Of a stretch of DNA of 64,000 nucleotides, positions 1-7,817 are shown one piece after another. Origin of the DNA: an uncultured Acidobacteriota bacterium (lineage in GTDB: Bacteria; Acidobacteriota; Vicinamibacteria; Vicinamibacterales; Fen-181); contig CAVSGZ010000007.1 of assembly GCA_963727765.1 (NCBI GenBank), positions 462,344 to 526,343 of the forward strand, in the 5' to 3' direction. Positions within the stretch are counted from its first letter, which is position 1. Each line of letters opens with the position of its first letter. The notes beneath the pieces were generated by a model, which had not been told where the DNA came from, searched no databases, and saw only the letters and a list, made by a program, of their open reading frames with translations. A program made the translations under genes and the position numbers.

Positions 1-1
1 C

Positions 2-817
2 ATGAAGCCGGATCGTGTCATCATCGGGGCCGAGGACCCACGCGCGGCGCAGCTGATGATCGACCTCTACGCGCCGTTCACCCGGACGGGCGCGCCTGTC
101 ATGGTGATGGACTGCGCGAGCGCCGAACTGTGCAAGTACGCGGCCAACGCGCTGCTGGCCACGAAGATCTCCTTCATGAACGAAGTGGCCAGGGTCTGCG
201 AGCTCTATGGCGCGAACGTGGACGAGGTGCGCCGAGCGATCGGGTCGGATCGGCGCATCGGCCCCGCCTTCCTGTTTCCGGGCGTCGGCTACGGCGGCAG
301 CTGCTTTCCGAAGGATGTGCAGGCGATCCTGAGGTTTTCGTTGGACCGCGACTACCGGTTCGAGATCCTCGACGCGGTCGAGCGCGTGAACCGGCAGCAG
401 AAGACACTGCTCGTCGAGAAGATGGTGAGACACTTCGGGACGCTCGCCGGCCGGACCATCGCGGTGTGGGGCCTGGCCTTCAAACCGAGGACCGACGACA
501 TGAGGGAGGCGCCGGCGATCACGATCGTCGAGACGCTGCTCGGCCAGGGCGCGACGGTCCGCGCGTATGACCCCGAGGCGGCGAAGAACGCGGGGCGGAT
601 CTTCGGCAACCGGGTGACCGTCGTCAAGCGAAGCTACGATGCCCTGATCGGCGCCGAGGCACTGGCGCTCGTCACGGAGTGGAACGAATTCCGGGAGCCG
701 GACTTCGCCAAGATGCGCAAGCTCATGAGGACGCCCGTCGTGTTCGACGGCCGGAACATCTACAATCCGGAGCAGATGAGGGCCGATGGCTTCACCTACT
801 ACTCGATCGGGCGGTGA
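2..817 (+). CDS. ugd: UDP-glucose 6-dehydrogenase, C-terminal part (gene continues beyond the 5' edge of the window)
   Basis: ORF 2..817. Catalytic-Cys loop GVGYGGSCFPKDV and the C-terminal UDP-binding domain (AVWGLAFKPRTDDMREAP) are typical of the UDPGDH family. Confidence 0.9.
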   Translation: MKPDRVIIGAEDPRAAQLMIDLYAPFTRTGAPVMVMDCASAELCKYAANALLATKISFMNEVARVCELYGANVDEVRRAIGSDRRIGPAFLFPGVGYGGSCFPKDVQAILRFSLDRDYRFEILDAVERVNRQQKTLLVEKMVRHFGTLAGRTIAVWGLAFKPRTDDMREAPAITIVETLLGQGATVRAYDPEAAKNAGRIFGNRVTVVKRSYDALIGAEALALVTEWNEFREPDFAKMRKLMRTPVVFDGRNIYNPEQMRADGFTYYSIGR

Positions 818-1814
818 ACCCGGGACGGTCCTGGTCACGGGCGGAGCGGGCTACATCGGCAGCCACGCCGCCAAGGCGCTGGCTGCGGCCGGCCGATTGG
901 TCGTGCTCTACGACAACCTGACGGAGGGGCATCGCGAGGCGGCGCTCGGCGCGGATCTCGTCCTGGGCGACACGCGGGACGTGGCGCTTCTTCGGTCGGT
1001 GATGGTGGATCGTCGCGTGACCTCGGTCATGCACTTCGCGGCCTGGGCCGCCGTCGGCGAGTCAGTGCGCGACCCGGCCGGTTACTATGCCAACAACGTC
1101 GGCGGGACCCTGTCGGTCCTCGAGGCCATGGCCGCCGAGCGGGTGCCGACGTTCATCTTCTCGTCGACCTGCGCCGTGTTCGGCGAGCCGCTTGAGACGC
1201 CGCTCGTGGAAGACCACCCCACGCGTCCCATCAACGCCTACGGCGAGACCAAGCTGGCCATCGAGCGCGCGCTCCCGCACTACGAGCGGGCCTACGGCAT
1301 CCATGCGATCGCGCTCCGCTACTTCAATGCGGCGGGAGCCGATCCCGACGGGCAGATCGGAGAGGACCATCGTCCGGAGCGCCACCTGATCCCGCTCGCG
1401 CTCGAGGCGGCCAGCGGCGGGCGGCCCCTGGACATCTACGGAGACGACTACCCGACGCCGGACGGGACCTGCCTGCGGGATTACATCCACGTCTGGGATC
1501 TGGCCCAGGCGCACTTGCGCGCGCTCGAGCGCCTGGAGCGCGAGCCGAGGTCTGCGGTGTACAACCTGGGCATCGGGCGGCCGTTCTCGGTCCGCGAGGT
1601 GCTGGCGTCGGTCGAGCGCGTGACGGGCCGGCCGGTGCCTCACACGGTCGCGCGTCGTCGCGACGGCGACCCAGCGGTGCTGTTCGCGGCGAGCGCGAAG
1701 ATCCAGTCCGAGCTGGGCTGGCGGCCACGGTTCACCAACCTCGACGAGATCGTGGCCACAGCCTGGCAGTGGTTGCAGGCCCACCCGCGGAAGTACGACG
1801 GGTGGCCGGCATGA
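786..1814 (+). CDS. galE: UDP-glucose 4-epimerase
   Basis: ORF 786..1814. Rossmann motif VLVTGGAGYIGSH, YGETK active-site motif, full-length GalE-like SDR. Confidence 0.9.
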   Translation: MASPTTRSGGEPGTVLVTGGAGYIGSHAAKALAAAGRLVVLYDNLTEGHREAALGADLVLGDTRDVALLRSVMVDRRVTSVMHFAAWAAVGESVRDPAGYYANNVGGTLSVLEAMAAERVPTFIFSSTCAVFGEPLETPLVEDHPTRPINAYGETKLAIERALPHYERAYGIHAIALRYFNAAGADPDGQIGEDHRPERHLIPLALEAASGGRPLDIYGDDYPTPDGTCLRDYIHVWDLAQAHLRALERLEREPRSAVYNLGIGRPFSVREVLASVERVTGRPVPHTVARRRDGDPAVLFAASAKIQSELGWRPRFTNLDEIVATAWQWLQAHPRKYDGWPA

Positions 1815-2533
1815 CGCCCGCTACTCCACGCCTGCGCGGCGTCCTCGTCGACCCGCTGCTGTCGGTCGTGATGGCCGTCTACAACGAACGTGAGACGATC
1901 GAGGAAATCGTCAGGCGCGTCCTCGGCGTGCCACTCCGTATCCAGCTCATCGTGGTGGACGATGGGTCGACCGACGGTTCGCGCGAGATCCTGCAGCGTC
2001 TCGGTCAGGAACTCAAGTTCACGCTGGTCCTGCAGGACAGGAACCGCGGCAAGGGGGCGGCGCTTCGGCGCGGGTTCCAGGAGATGCAGGGGGACCTGGT
2101 GGTGGTCCAGGACGCAGACCTGGAATACTCGCCCGAGGAATACCCCGACCTCATCGAGCTGATCTGCCAGGGACGGGCAGACGTGGTGTACGGCTCGCGG
2201 TTCATCGGCCGCCACCGTGTCTTCATGTTCTCGCACTACATGGGCAACCGGATCGTGACGCTGCTGACCAACATCCTCTACAACACGATGCTGACCGACA
2301 TGGAGACCTGCTTCAAGGTCATGCGGGCCGAGATCGTGCGGGGGATGACGCTCAGGTCCAACGGCTTCGGCATCGAGCCGGAGTTGACGGCCAAGATCTT
2401 CAAGGGCGGGCACAGGGTCTACGAGATCCCGATCACCTACGACGGCCGCGGCTACGAGGAAGGCAAGAAGATCACGTGGCGTGACGGGCTCGCCGCCTTG
2501 TGGGTCCTGCTCAAGTACCGGTTTATCGATTGA
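1811..2533 (+). CDS. Family 2 glycosyltransferase (polyprenol-phosphate sugar transferase-like)
   Basis: ATG 1811 overlaps the galE stop (ATGA). LSVVMAVYNE..VVDDGSTDGS..VQDADLEY is a GT-A fold with a DxD. The ORF track start at 1769 is probably an over-extension. Confidence 0.85.
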   Translation: MTPATPRLRGVLVDPLLSVVMAVYNERETIEEIVRRVLGVPLRIQLIVVDDGSTDGSREILQRLGQELKFTLVLQDRNRGKGAALRRGFQEMQGDLVVVQDADLEYSPEEYPDLIELICQGRADVVYGSRFIGRHRVFMFSHYMGNRIVTLLTNILYNTMLTDMETCFKVMRAEIVRGMTLRSNGFGIEPELTAKIFKGGHRVYEIPITYDGRGYEEGKKITWRDGLAALWVLLKYRFID

Positions 2534-4302
2534 ACCCGTTCCTTCGCCTGCTCCGATTCTCCCGGCCCTACCGCTGGCGACTCGTGGCCGCCTTCGCGTG
2601 GATGATCCTGTACGCGCTCGGGGCGGCTGGTCTGGCCCGGCTGATCCAGAACGTCTTCGACGAGGTGCTCAGGAACGGCCAGCACCTGCTGCTGGTGGCC
2701 GTCGGGATGATGGCCGCGGGCCTGGCGAAGGGACTCGGCGGATACTTCTCCGCCTATTTGATGTCAGACGTCGGGCAGCGCGTCGTGAAGGACGTGCGCA
2801 ACAACCTGTTCGGCCACATGCTGAGCCAGTCGGCGGCGTTCTTCGCCCGCCGAAGCTCGGGCCAGCTCACCTCGCGCATTTCGAACGATGTCGGCCAGAT
2901 CCAGCAGGCCGTGTCCGAGACGATCGGGGACCTGCTGCGCGAGTCGCTGGCGCTCATCGGGTACCTGGGGCTGCTGTTCTACTACGACGCGAAACTGGCG
3001 GTCGTGTTCCTGGCCGGAGCCCCGCTCGTCGTCTACCCGCTGGCGCGGCTCGGGCGGCGGCTGCGCCGCACGGCACGGAGCAGCCAGGAGGAGCAGGAAC
3101 GGTTGTCGCACGTGAGCGTCGAGGCCTTCACCGGGCACCGAATCGTCAAGGCGTTCGCCGCCGAAGCGCGCGAGGCCGCCCGGTTCGGCCGGGCCTCCGA
3201 GCGGCTCTACCGCGCGAACATGAAAGTCACGGCCGCGCTCTCCGCGCTGCCGGGAATCATGGAGATTCTCGGCGGTGTCGGCATGGCCGCCGCGTTGTGG
3301 TACGGGGTTCGCGAGATCTCGAGCGGGAGGCTGACGCCGGGGCAGTTCACCTCGTTCTTTGCGGCGATGTTCCTGATGTACGGGCCCGCCAAGAAGCTCA
3401 GCCGGGTGAACGCCAGCCTTCAGCAGGCCAGCGCCGCGTCGGAGCGGATCTTCGAGATCCTGGACCTGCACTCCGAAGTGGTGGACCGGCCGGGCGCCGT
3501 GGCGCTGACCGGCCTGCTGCGCGAGATTGAGTTCCGCGACGTCGGCTTCCGGTACGACGACGACCGCACGGGCCCCATTCTGCGCGGCGTCTCGCTGACC
3601 GTCAGGCGGGGGCAGATGGTCGCCATCGTGGGGCGCAGCGGCGCGGGCAAGACCACGCTCGTCAACCTGCTGCCGCGGTTCTTCGACGTCACCGCCGGCT
3701 CGATCGCCATCGACGCCGTCGACATCCGCGACGTCACCCTGCGGTCGCTGCGGTCTCAGATCGGCGTCGTCACGCAGGAGACCGTGCTGTTTGACGACAC
3801 GATTGCGGGCAACATCGCCTACGGCTCGGAAGGGGCGAGCCGCGAGGCGATCGAGGCCGCCGCGCGATCGGCGCACGCGCACGACTTCATCGCGGCGATG
3901 CCGCAGGGCTATGAGACGATGATCGGAGAGCGGGGCCAGCGGCTGTCCGGCGGCCAGCGCCAGCGCCTCGCCATCGCACGGGCTCTGCTGAAGAACTCGC
4001 CGATCCTGATCCTGGACGAAGCGACCTCGTCGCTCGATGCCGAGTCCGAGCGGCTGGTGCAGGAGGCGCTCGCCAACCTGATGGCGAACCGCACCGCGAT
4101 CGTGATCGCGCACCGGCTGTCGACGATTCGCCGGGCGGACTTGATCGTGGTGCTCGAACGAGGAAGGATCGTGGAGGCGGGCCGGCACGAGGATCTGCTC
4201 GAGCGCCAGGGGGGCGCCTACGCGCAGCTGTACGCCATGCAACTGGCGGTCGAGCGGCGGCCGGAGAATCCCGAATCCCGAATCCTGAATCCTGAATCCT
4301 GA
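2500..4302 (+). CDS. ABC exporter, fused permease/ATPase (MsbA/lipid-exporter-like)
   Basis: 600-aa ORF. N-terminal 6-TM exporter domain, Walker A GRSGAGKTT, signature LSGGQRQR, Walker B ILILDEATS. Start could instead be TTG 2530, overlapping the GT2 stop. Confidence 0.9.
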   Translation: MGPAQVPVYRLNPFLRLLRFSRPYRWRLVAAFAWMILYALGAAGLARLIQNVFDEVLRNGQHLLLVAVGMMAAGLAKGLGGYFSAYLMSDVGQRVVKDVRNNLFGHMLSQSAAFFARRSSGQLTSRISNDVGQIQQAVSETIGDLLRESLALIGYLGLLFYYDAKLAVVFLAGAPLVVYPLARLGRRLRRTARSSQEEQERLSHVSVEAFTGHRIVKAFAAEAREAARFGRASERLYRANMKVTAALSALPGIMEILGGVGMAAALWYGVREISSGRLTPGQFTSFFAAMFLMYGPAKKLSRVNASLQQASAASERIFEILDLHSEVVDRPGAVALTGLLREIEFRDVGFRYDDDRTGPILRGVSLTVRRGQMVAIVGRSGAGKTTLVNLLPRFFDVTAGSIAIDAVDIRDVTLRSLRSQIGVVTQETVLFDDTIAGNIAYGSEGASREAIEAAARSAHAHDFIAAMPQGYETMIGERGQRLSGGQRQRLAIARALLKNSPILILDEATSSLDAESERLVQEALANLMANRTAIVIAHRLSTIRRADLIVVLERGRIVEAGRHEDLLERQGGAYAQLYAMQLAVERRPENPESRILNPES

Positions 4303-4307
4303 GTCCC
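4266..4307 (+). repeat. Tandem heptanucleotide array GAATCCC x2, GAATCCT x3, GAGTCCC
   Basis: Read directly: six consecutive 7-nt units spanning the last codons and the stop of the ABC exporter, 12 nt upstream of the yicC ATG. Confidence 0.95.
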
Positions 4308-4318
4308 GTGTGGTGCCT

Positions 4319-5209
4319 ATGTTCCGCTCCATGACCGGTTTCGCGTCGTTGACCAGGGAAGACCCGCAGGCCACCGTCGGCGTGACGCTCCGCGCCGTCA
4401 ACCATCGGTACTTCGACGCGCAGGTGCGGCTGCCGCAGGGGCTTCTCGCTTCGGAGGCCAGGCTCAGGGGCCTGCTGCAGCGCCACATCGCGCGCGGGCG
4501 CGTCGAGCTGAGCGTGTCGGTGCAGTTGCGGGAGCCGCCGGCCCCCGAGATCGAACTGCATGAGGCGTTCGTGCGTCGGTTGGGCGAGGCCATCGACCGG
4601 GCGCGCGCCCAGGGCGTGGTCAGCGGCAGCCTGACGCCCGGCGATCTCGTGCGAATCCCGCAGGCGATCGTCTTCCGCGAACAGCCGGCCGAGTCGCCCG
4701 AGGCCGCCGCCTCGCTTGTGGGACTGGTGGAAGCGGCCGTCGAGGAGGCCATCGCGGCCCTCGACGCCATGCGGGTTCGCGAGGGTGAGCATCTCCGGAA
4801 CGACCTCGACGAACGGAGAGCGATGCTCTCGGGGCTCATCGAGCGCATTGCCGGGGCCGCCGCCGGGGGACGAGGCGAGTTCGAGGCCAGGCTCAGCGAG
4901 CGCGTCAAGGAGCTGAGCCGCGACCTGCCGGCCGATCCGGCGGCCATCGCCCAGGAGATCGTGCGCGCGGCCGGCCGGTCGGACATCAGCGAGGAGGTCG
5001 TGCGGTTCCGGGCCCACCTGGCGCACTGGACCGTGATTGCCGAGGGCGAGGAGCCGTGCGGCCGCAAGTTCGACTTCCTGCTGCAGGAGATGAACCGCGA
5101 GGTCAACACCATCGGCTCGAAGGCCGACGGCCTCGCGGTCACCGAACTCATCGTCACCGCCAAGGCCGAACTGGAGAAGATGCGGGAACAGGTGCAGAAT
5201 GTCGAATAG
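4319..5209 (+). CDS. yicC: YicC family stress-induced protein
   Basis: MFRSMTGFAS N-terminus and C-terminal FLLQEMNREVNTIGSKA motif typical of YicC. ATG 4319 preferred over GTG 4310. Confidence 0.88.
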   Translation: MFRSMTGFASLTREDPQATVGVTLRAVNHRYFDAQVRLPQGLLASEARLRGLLQRHIARGRVELSVSVQLREPPAPEIELHEAFVRRLGEAIDRARAQGVVSGSLTPGDLVRIPQAIVFREQPAESPEAAASLVGLVEAAVEEAIAALDAMRVREGEHLRNDLDERRAMLSGLIERIAGAAAGGRGEFEARLSERVKELSRDLPADPAAIAQEIVRAAGRSDISEEVVRFRAHLAHWTVIAEGEEPCGRKFDFLLQEMNREVNTIGSKADGLAVTELIVTAKAELEKMREQVQNVE

Positions 5210-5846
5210 GCGCGGTCGCTTGTTCATCCTGTCGGCGCCGTCGGGCGCCGGGAAGACCACGGTCGCCCGGCGAGTAGTGGAGACGACCGGCGGCGTCGGA
5301 ATTTCAAGGTCCTACACGTCGCGGCCGGCTCGGGCCGGCGAGCGCGACGGTGTCGACTACAACTTCGTCAGCGTCGATCGCTTCCGCCAGCTTCGCGACG
5401 CGGGGGCGTTTCTCGAGTGGGCGGAGGTCTTCGGCGACTTCTACGGCACCGGGGCCTCCGACACGCAGGCGAGGCTGGCGGCGGGCGACGACCTGGTGCT
5501 GGTCATCGACGTGCAGGGCGCGAGGAAGGTCCGGCAGGCCGGCGTCCCGAGCGTCGGCATCTTCCTGATGCCGCCCTCCTACGCCGTGCTCGAAGAGCGT
5601 CTGCGCGGGCGTGGCCGCGACCCCGAGGCGGCGATCCTCCGCAGGCTCGTGATCGCACGGGAAGAGATCCGGGCGTTCGTCGAGTACGACTACGTGGTCG
5701 TCAACGACGAGATCGAGGCGTGCGCGGACCGCGTGAGGGCGATCCTGCTCGCCGAACGCTCGCGCCGCGCAACCATGGTTGCGGCGGCCGAGGATGTCGT
5801 CTCCACGTTTGCTCCGCCGCCGCAGGGGCGCGGGCCAGGAGCCTGA
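5199..5846 (+). CDS. gmk: Guanylate kinase
   Basis: P-loop SAPSGAGKTT, SRSYTSRPARAGERDGVDYNFV, whole-length Gmk similarity. Confidence 0.92.
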   Translation: MSNRRGRLFILSAPSGAGKTTVARRVVETTGGVGISRSYTSRPARAGERDGVDYNFVSVDRFRQLRDAGAFLEWAEVFGDFYGTGASDTQARLAAGDDLVLVIDVQGARKVRQAGVPSVGIFLMPPSYAVLEERLRGRGRDPEAAILRRLVIAREEIRAFVEYDYVVVNDEIEACADRVRAILLAERSRRATMVAAAEDVVSTFAPPPQGRGPGA

Positions 5847-5856
5847 GGACGCGCGT

Positions 5857-7095
5857 ATGTCGAAGATTGCGCTCGGCGTGACCGGCGGCATCGGGGCGTA
5901 CAAGGCGGTCGAGGTCGCGCGGGGACTGCAGAAGGCCGGCCACGACGTCGTCGTGGTGATGACGAAGGCCGCCACCGAGTTCGTCGGCCCGCTCACCTTC
6001 GAGGCCATCACGCGCCACCGCGTGATCACGGGGCAGTTCGAGCCGGGCGCGAACGCGGACATCGAGCACATCGCGCTCGCCTCGTCGATCGACCTGCTGC
6101 TCGTGGCGCCGGCGACGGCCAACAGCATCGGCAAGTTCGCCGGCGGCATCGCCGACGATTTCCTCGGCTCGCTCTACCTCGCGACACCGGCGCCCGTGCT
6201 GCTGGCGCCGGCCATGAACTCGAACATGTGGGCTCACGAGGCCGTCCAGGGGAACCTCCGGACGCTTCGCGCGCGCGGCGTCAGGATCGTCGAGCCCGGG
6301 GAGGGGTTCCTGGCCTGCGGATGGACTGGGCCCGGGCGGCTGGCTGAGCCGCCCGAGATCGTCGCGGCCGCCGAGGCGATCCTGCGCCCGACGCAGACGC
6401 TGGCGGGCAGAAGCGTGCTGGTCAGCGCCGGACCGACATTCGAGGACATCGACCCCGTCAGGTTCATCGGCAACAGGTCCAGCGGGCGCATGGGATACGC
6501 AGTCGCGGCCGAGGCCGCCCGCAGGGGCGCTCACGTCACATTGGTGTCGGGGCCGACGACGATCCCGGCGCCAGACGGGGTGGAGGTGGTGCGCGTGCGC
6601 ACGGCGATGGAGATGCATGAGGCTGTCGTGAGACTCGTGCCGGGAACCGACATGGTGGTCATGGCGGCGGCCGTCGCCGACTACGCGCCGGTGAGGGCCC
6701 CCGAGAAGATTGCGAAGGAAGGCGATGAACTGGTGCTGCGCATGGCGCGGACGCCGGACATCCTCGCAGAGCTGGGCGCGCGGCGGGCGGCTGGAGAATG
6801 GCCGCGCACGGTGCTGGTCGGCTTCGCCGCCGAGACGAGCGATGTAGTGGCGCGCGCCCGCGACAAGCGGCGCCGCAAGCAGGTGGACCTGATCGTCGTC
6901 AACGACGTGTCGCACATGGACCGCGGGTTCGACGCCGAGTCGAACGCCGTCACGATGATCGCGGCGGACGGCGAGGAAGAGGTCACGCTGCGCCCGAAGG
7001 CGGACGTGGCCAGGGCGATTCTCGACAGGGTCGAGCGGATGCTGCCTGCCGCTGTCGTGAAGCGGCCGCCGGTGCCGCATGCGGACGGAGAGTGA
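5857..7095 (+). CDS. coaBC: Bifunctional phosphopantothenoylcysteine decarboxylase / phosphopantothenate-cysteine ligase
   Basis: [16 protein letters not shown] flavoprotein N-domain, PAMNSNMW, and CoaB domain [25 protein letters not shown] 5857 chosen; 5779 is an over-extension into gmk. Confidence 0.92.
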   Translation: MSKIALGVTGGIGAYKAVEVARGLQKAGHDVVVVMTKAATEFVGPLTFEAITRHRVITGQFEPGANADIEHIALASSIDLLLVAPATANSIGKFAGGIADDFLGSLYLATPAPVLLAPAMNSNMWAHEAVQGNLRTLRARGVRIVEPGEGFLACGWTGPGRLAEPPEIVAAAEAILRPTQTLAGRSVLVSAGPTFEDIDPVRFIGNRSSGRMGYAVAAEAARRGAHVTLVSGPTTIPAPDGVEVVRVRTAMEMHEAVVRLVPGTDMVVMAAAVADYAPVRAPEKIAKEGDELVLRMARTPDILAELGARRAAGEWPRTVLVGFAAETSDVVARARDKRRRKQVDLIVVNDVSHMDRGFDAESNAVTMIAADGEEEVTLRPKADVARAILDRVERMLPAAVVKRPPVPHADGE

Positions 7096-7816
7096 CGTGG
7101 ACCCCCGCGAACAGCTGGCCGAACAGTTGACGTTCCTGATCGAGCTGGGCGTGGACGGCTTCAGCCGCGACCCCGCCTGGCGCGGTTCTGCCCGGGACCA
7201 GCAGATAGCGCAGGGCTTTAGCCCTGCGCCGGGCAGCCCCGAATCCCTCCCCTCCATACGCACGGACCTCGGTGACTGCACGCGCTGCAAGCTGGCGACG
7301 CTCGGCCGGCGGCAGATCGTCTTCGGCGTGGGGAACCCCCGCGCGCGGCTGATGTTCATCGGCGAGGCCCCCGGCCGCGACGAAGACATCCAGGGCATTC
7401 CCTTTGTCGGACGCGCCGGGCAGTTGCTCACGAAGATGATCGAGGCGATCGGCCTCAAGCGGGAGGACGTCTACATCGCCAACGTCATCAAGTGCCGTCC
7501 GCCCGAGAACCGGAACCCCGAGCCCGACGAAGTCGCCTCGTGCGAACCGTTTCTCTTCCGCCAGGTCGAGTCCATCAGCCCGGTGGTGATCGTGGCGCTC
7601 GGGACGTTCGCCGCCCAGGCGCTCCTCAAGTCGCAGGACACGATCTCGAGGCTTCGGGGCCGTGTCTACCGCTACGGCGGCGCTCAACTCGTGCCGACGT
7701 TTCACCCCGCTTACCTCCTGCGAAGCCCGGACAAGAAGCGAGACGCGTGGGAGGACCTCAAGCGAGCCAAGAGCCTGCTCGACGCCGCCGCGGCGGACAC
7801 CAGCCGGCAGGCGTAG
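7079..7816 (+). CDS. Uracil-DNA glycosylase, family 4
   Basis: Motif A GEAPGRDEDIQGIPFVGRAG, CRPPENR, HPAYLLR motif B. The N-terminal extension contains a REP-like palindrome. Confidence 0.88.
   Translation: MRTESDVDPREQLAEQLTFLIELGVDGFSRDPAWRGSARDQQIAQGFSPAPGSPESLPSIRTDLGDCTRCKLATLGRRQIVFGVGNPRARLMFIGEAPGRDEDIQGIPFVGRAGQLLTKMIEAIGLKREDVYIANVIKCRPPENRNPEPDEVASCEPFLFRQVESISPVVIVALGTFAAQALLKSQDTISRLRGRVYRYGGAQLVPTFHPAYLLRSPDKKRDAWEDLKRAKSLLDAAAADTSRQA
7205..7229. repeat. REP-like palindrome (GCGCAGGGC-TTTA-GCCCTGCGC) inside the UDG coding region
   Basis: Perfect 9-bp stem with a 4-nt loop. Shares AGATAGCGCAGGGCTT.AGCCCTGCGC with the intergenic palindrome at 41730..41759. Confidence 0.85.
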
Positions 7817-7817
7817 C

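Noticed and set aside
2764-5163. 799-aa ORF on the minus strand, antisense to the ABC exporter and yicC
   Set aside because: The composition is Arg/Ala/Pro/Ser-rich noise typical of shadow ORFs in high-GC DNA. The sense-strand genes have clear family motifs.
5846-5857. Expected rpoZ between gmk and coaBC
   Set aside because: There are only 10 nt between the two genes and no small ORF. Absence of rpoZ here is a synteny variation, not an anomaly I can support further.
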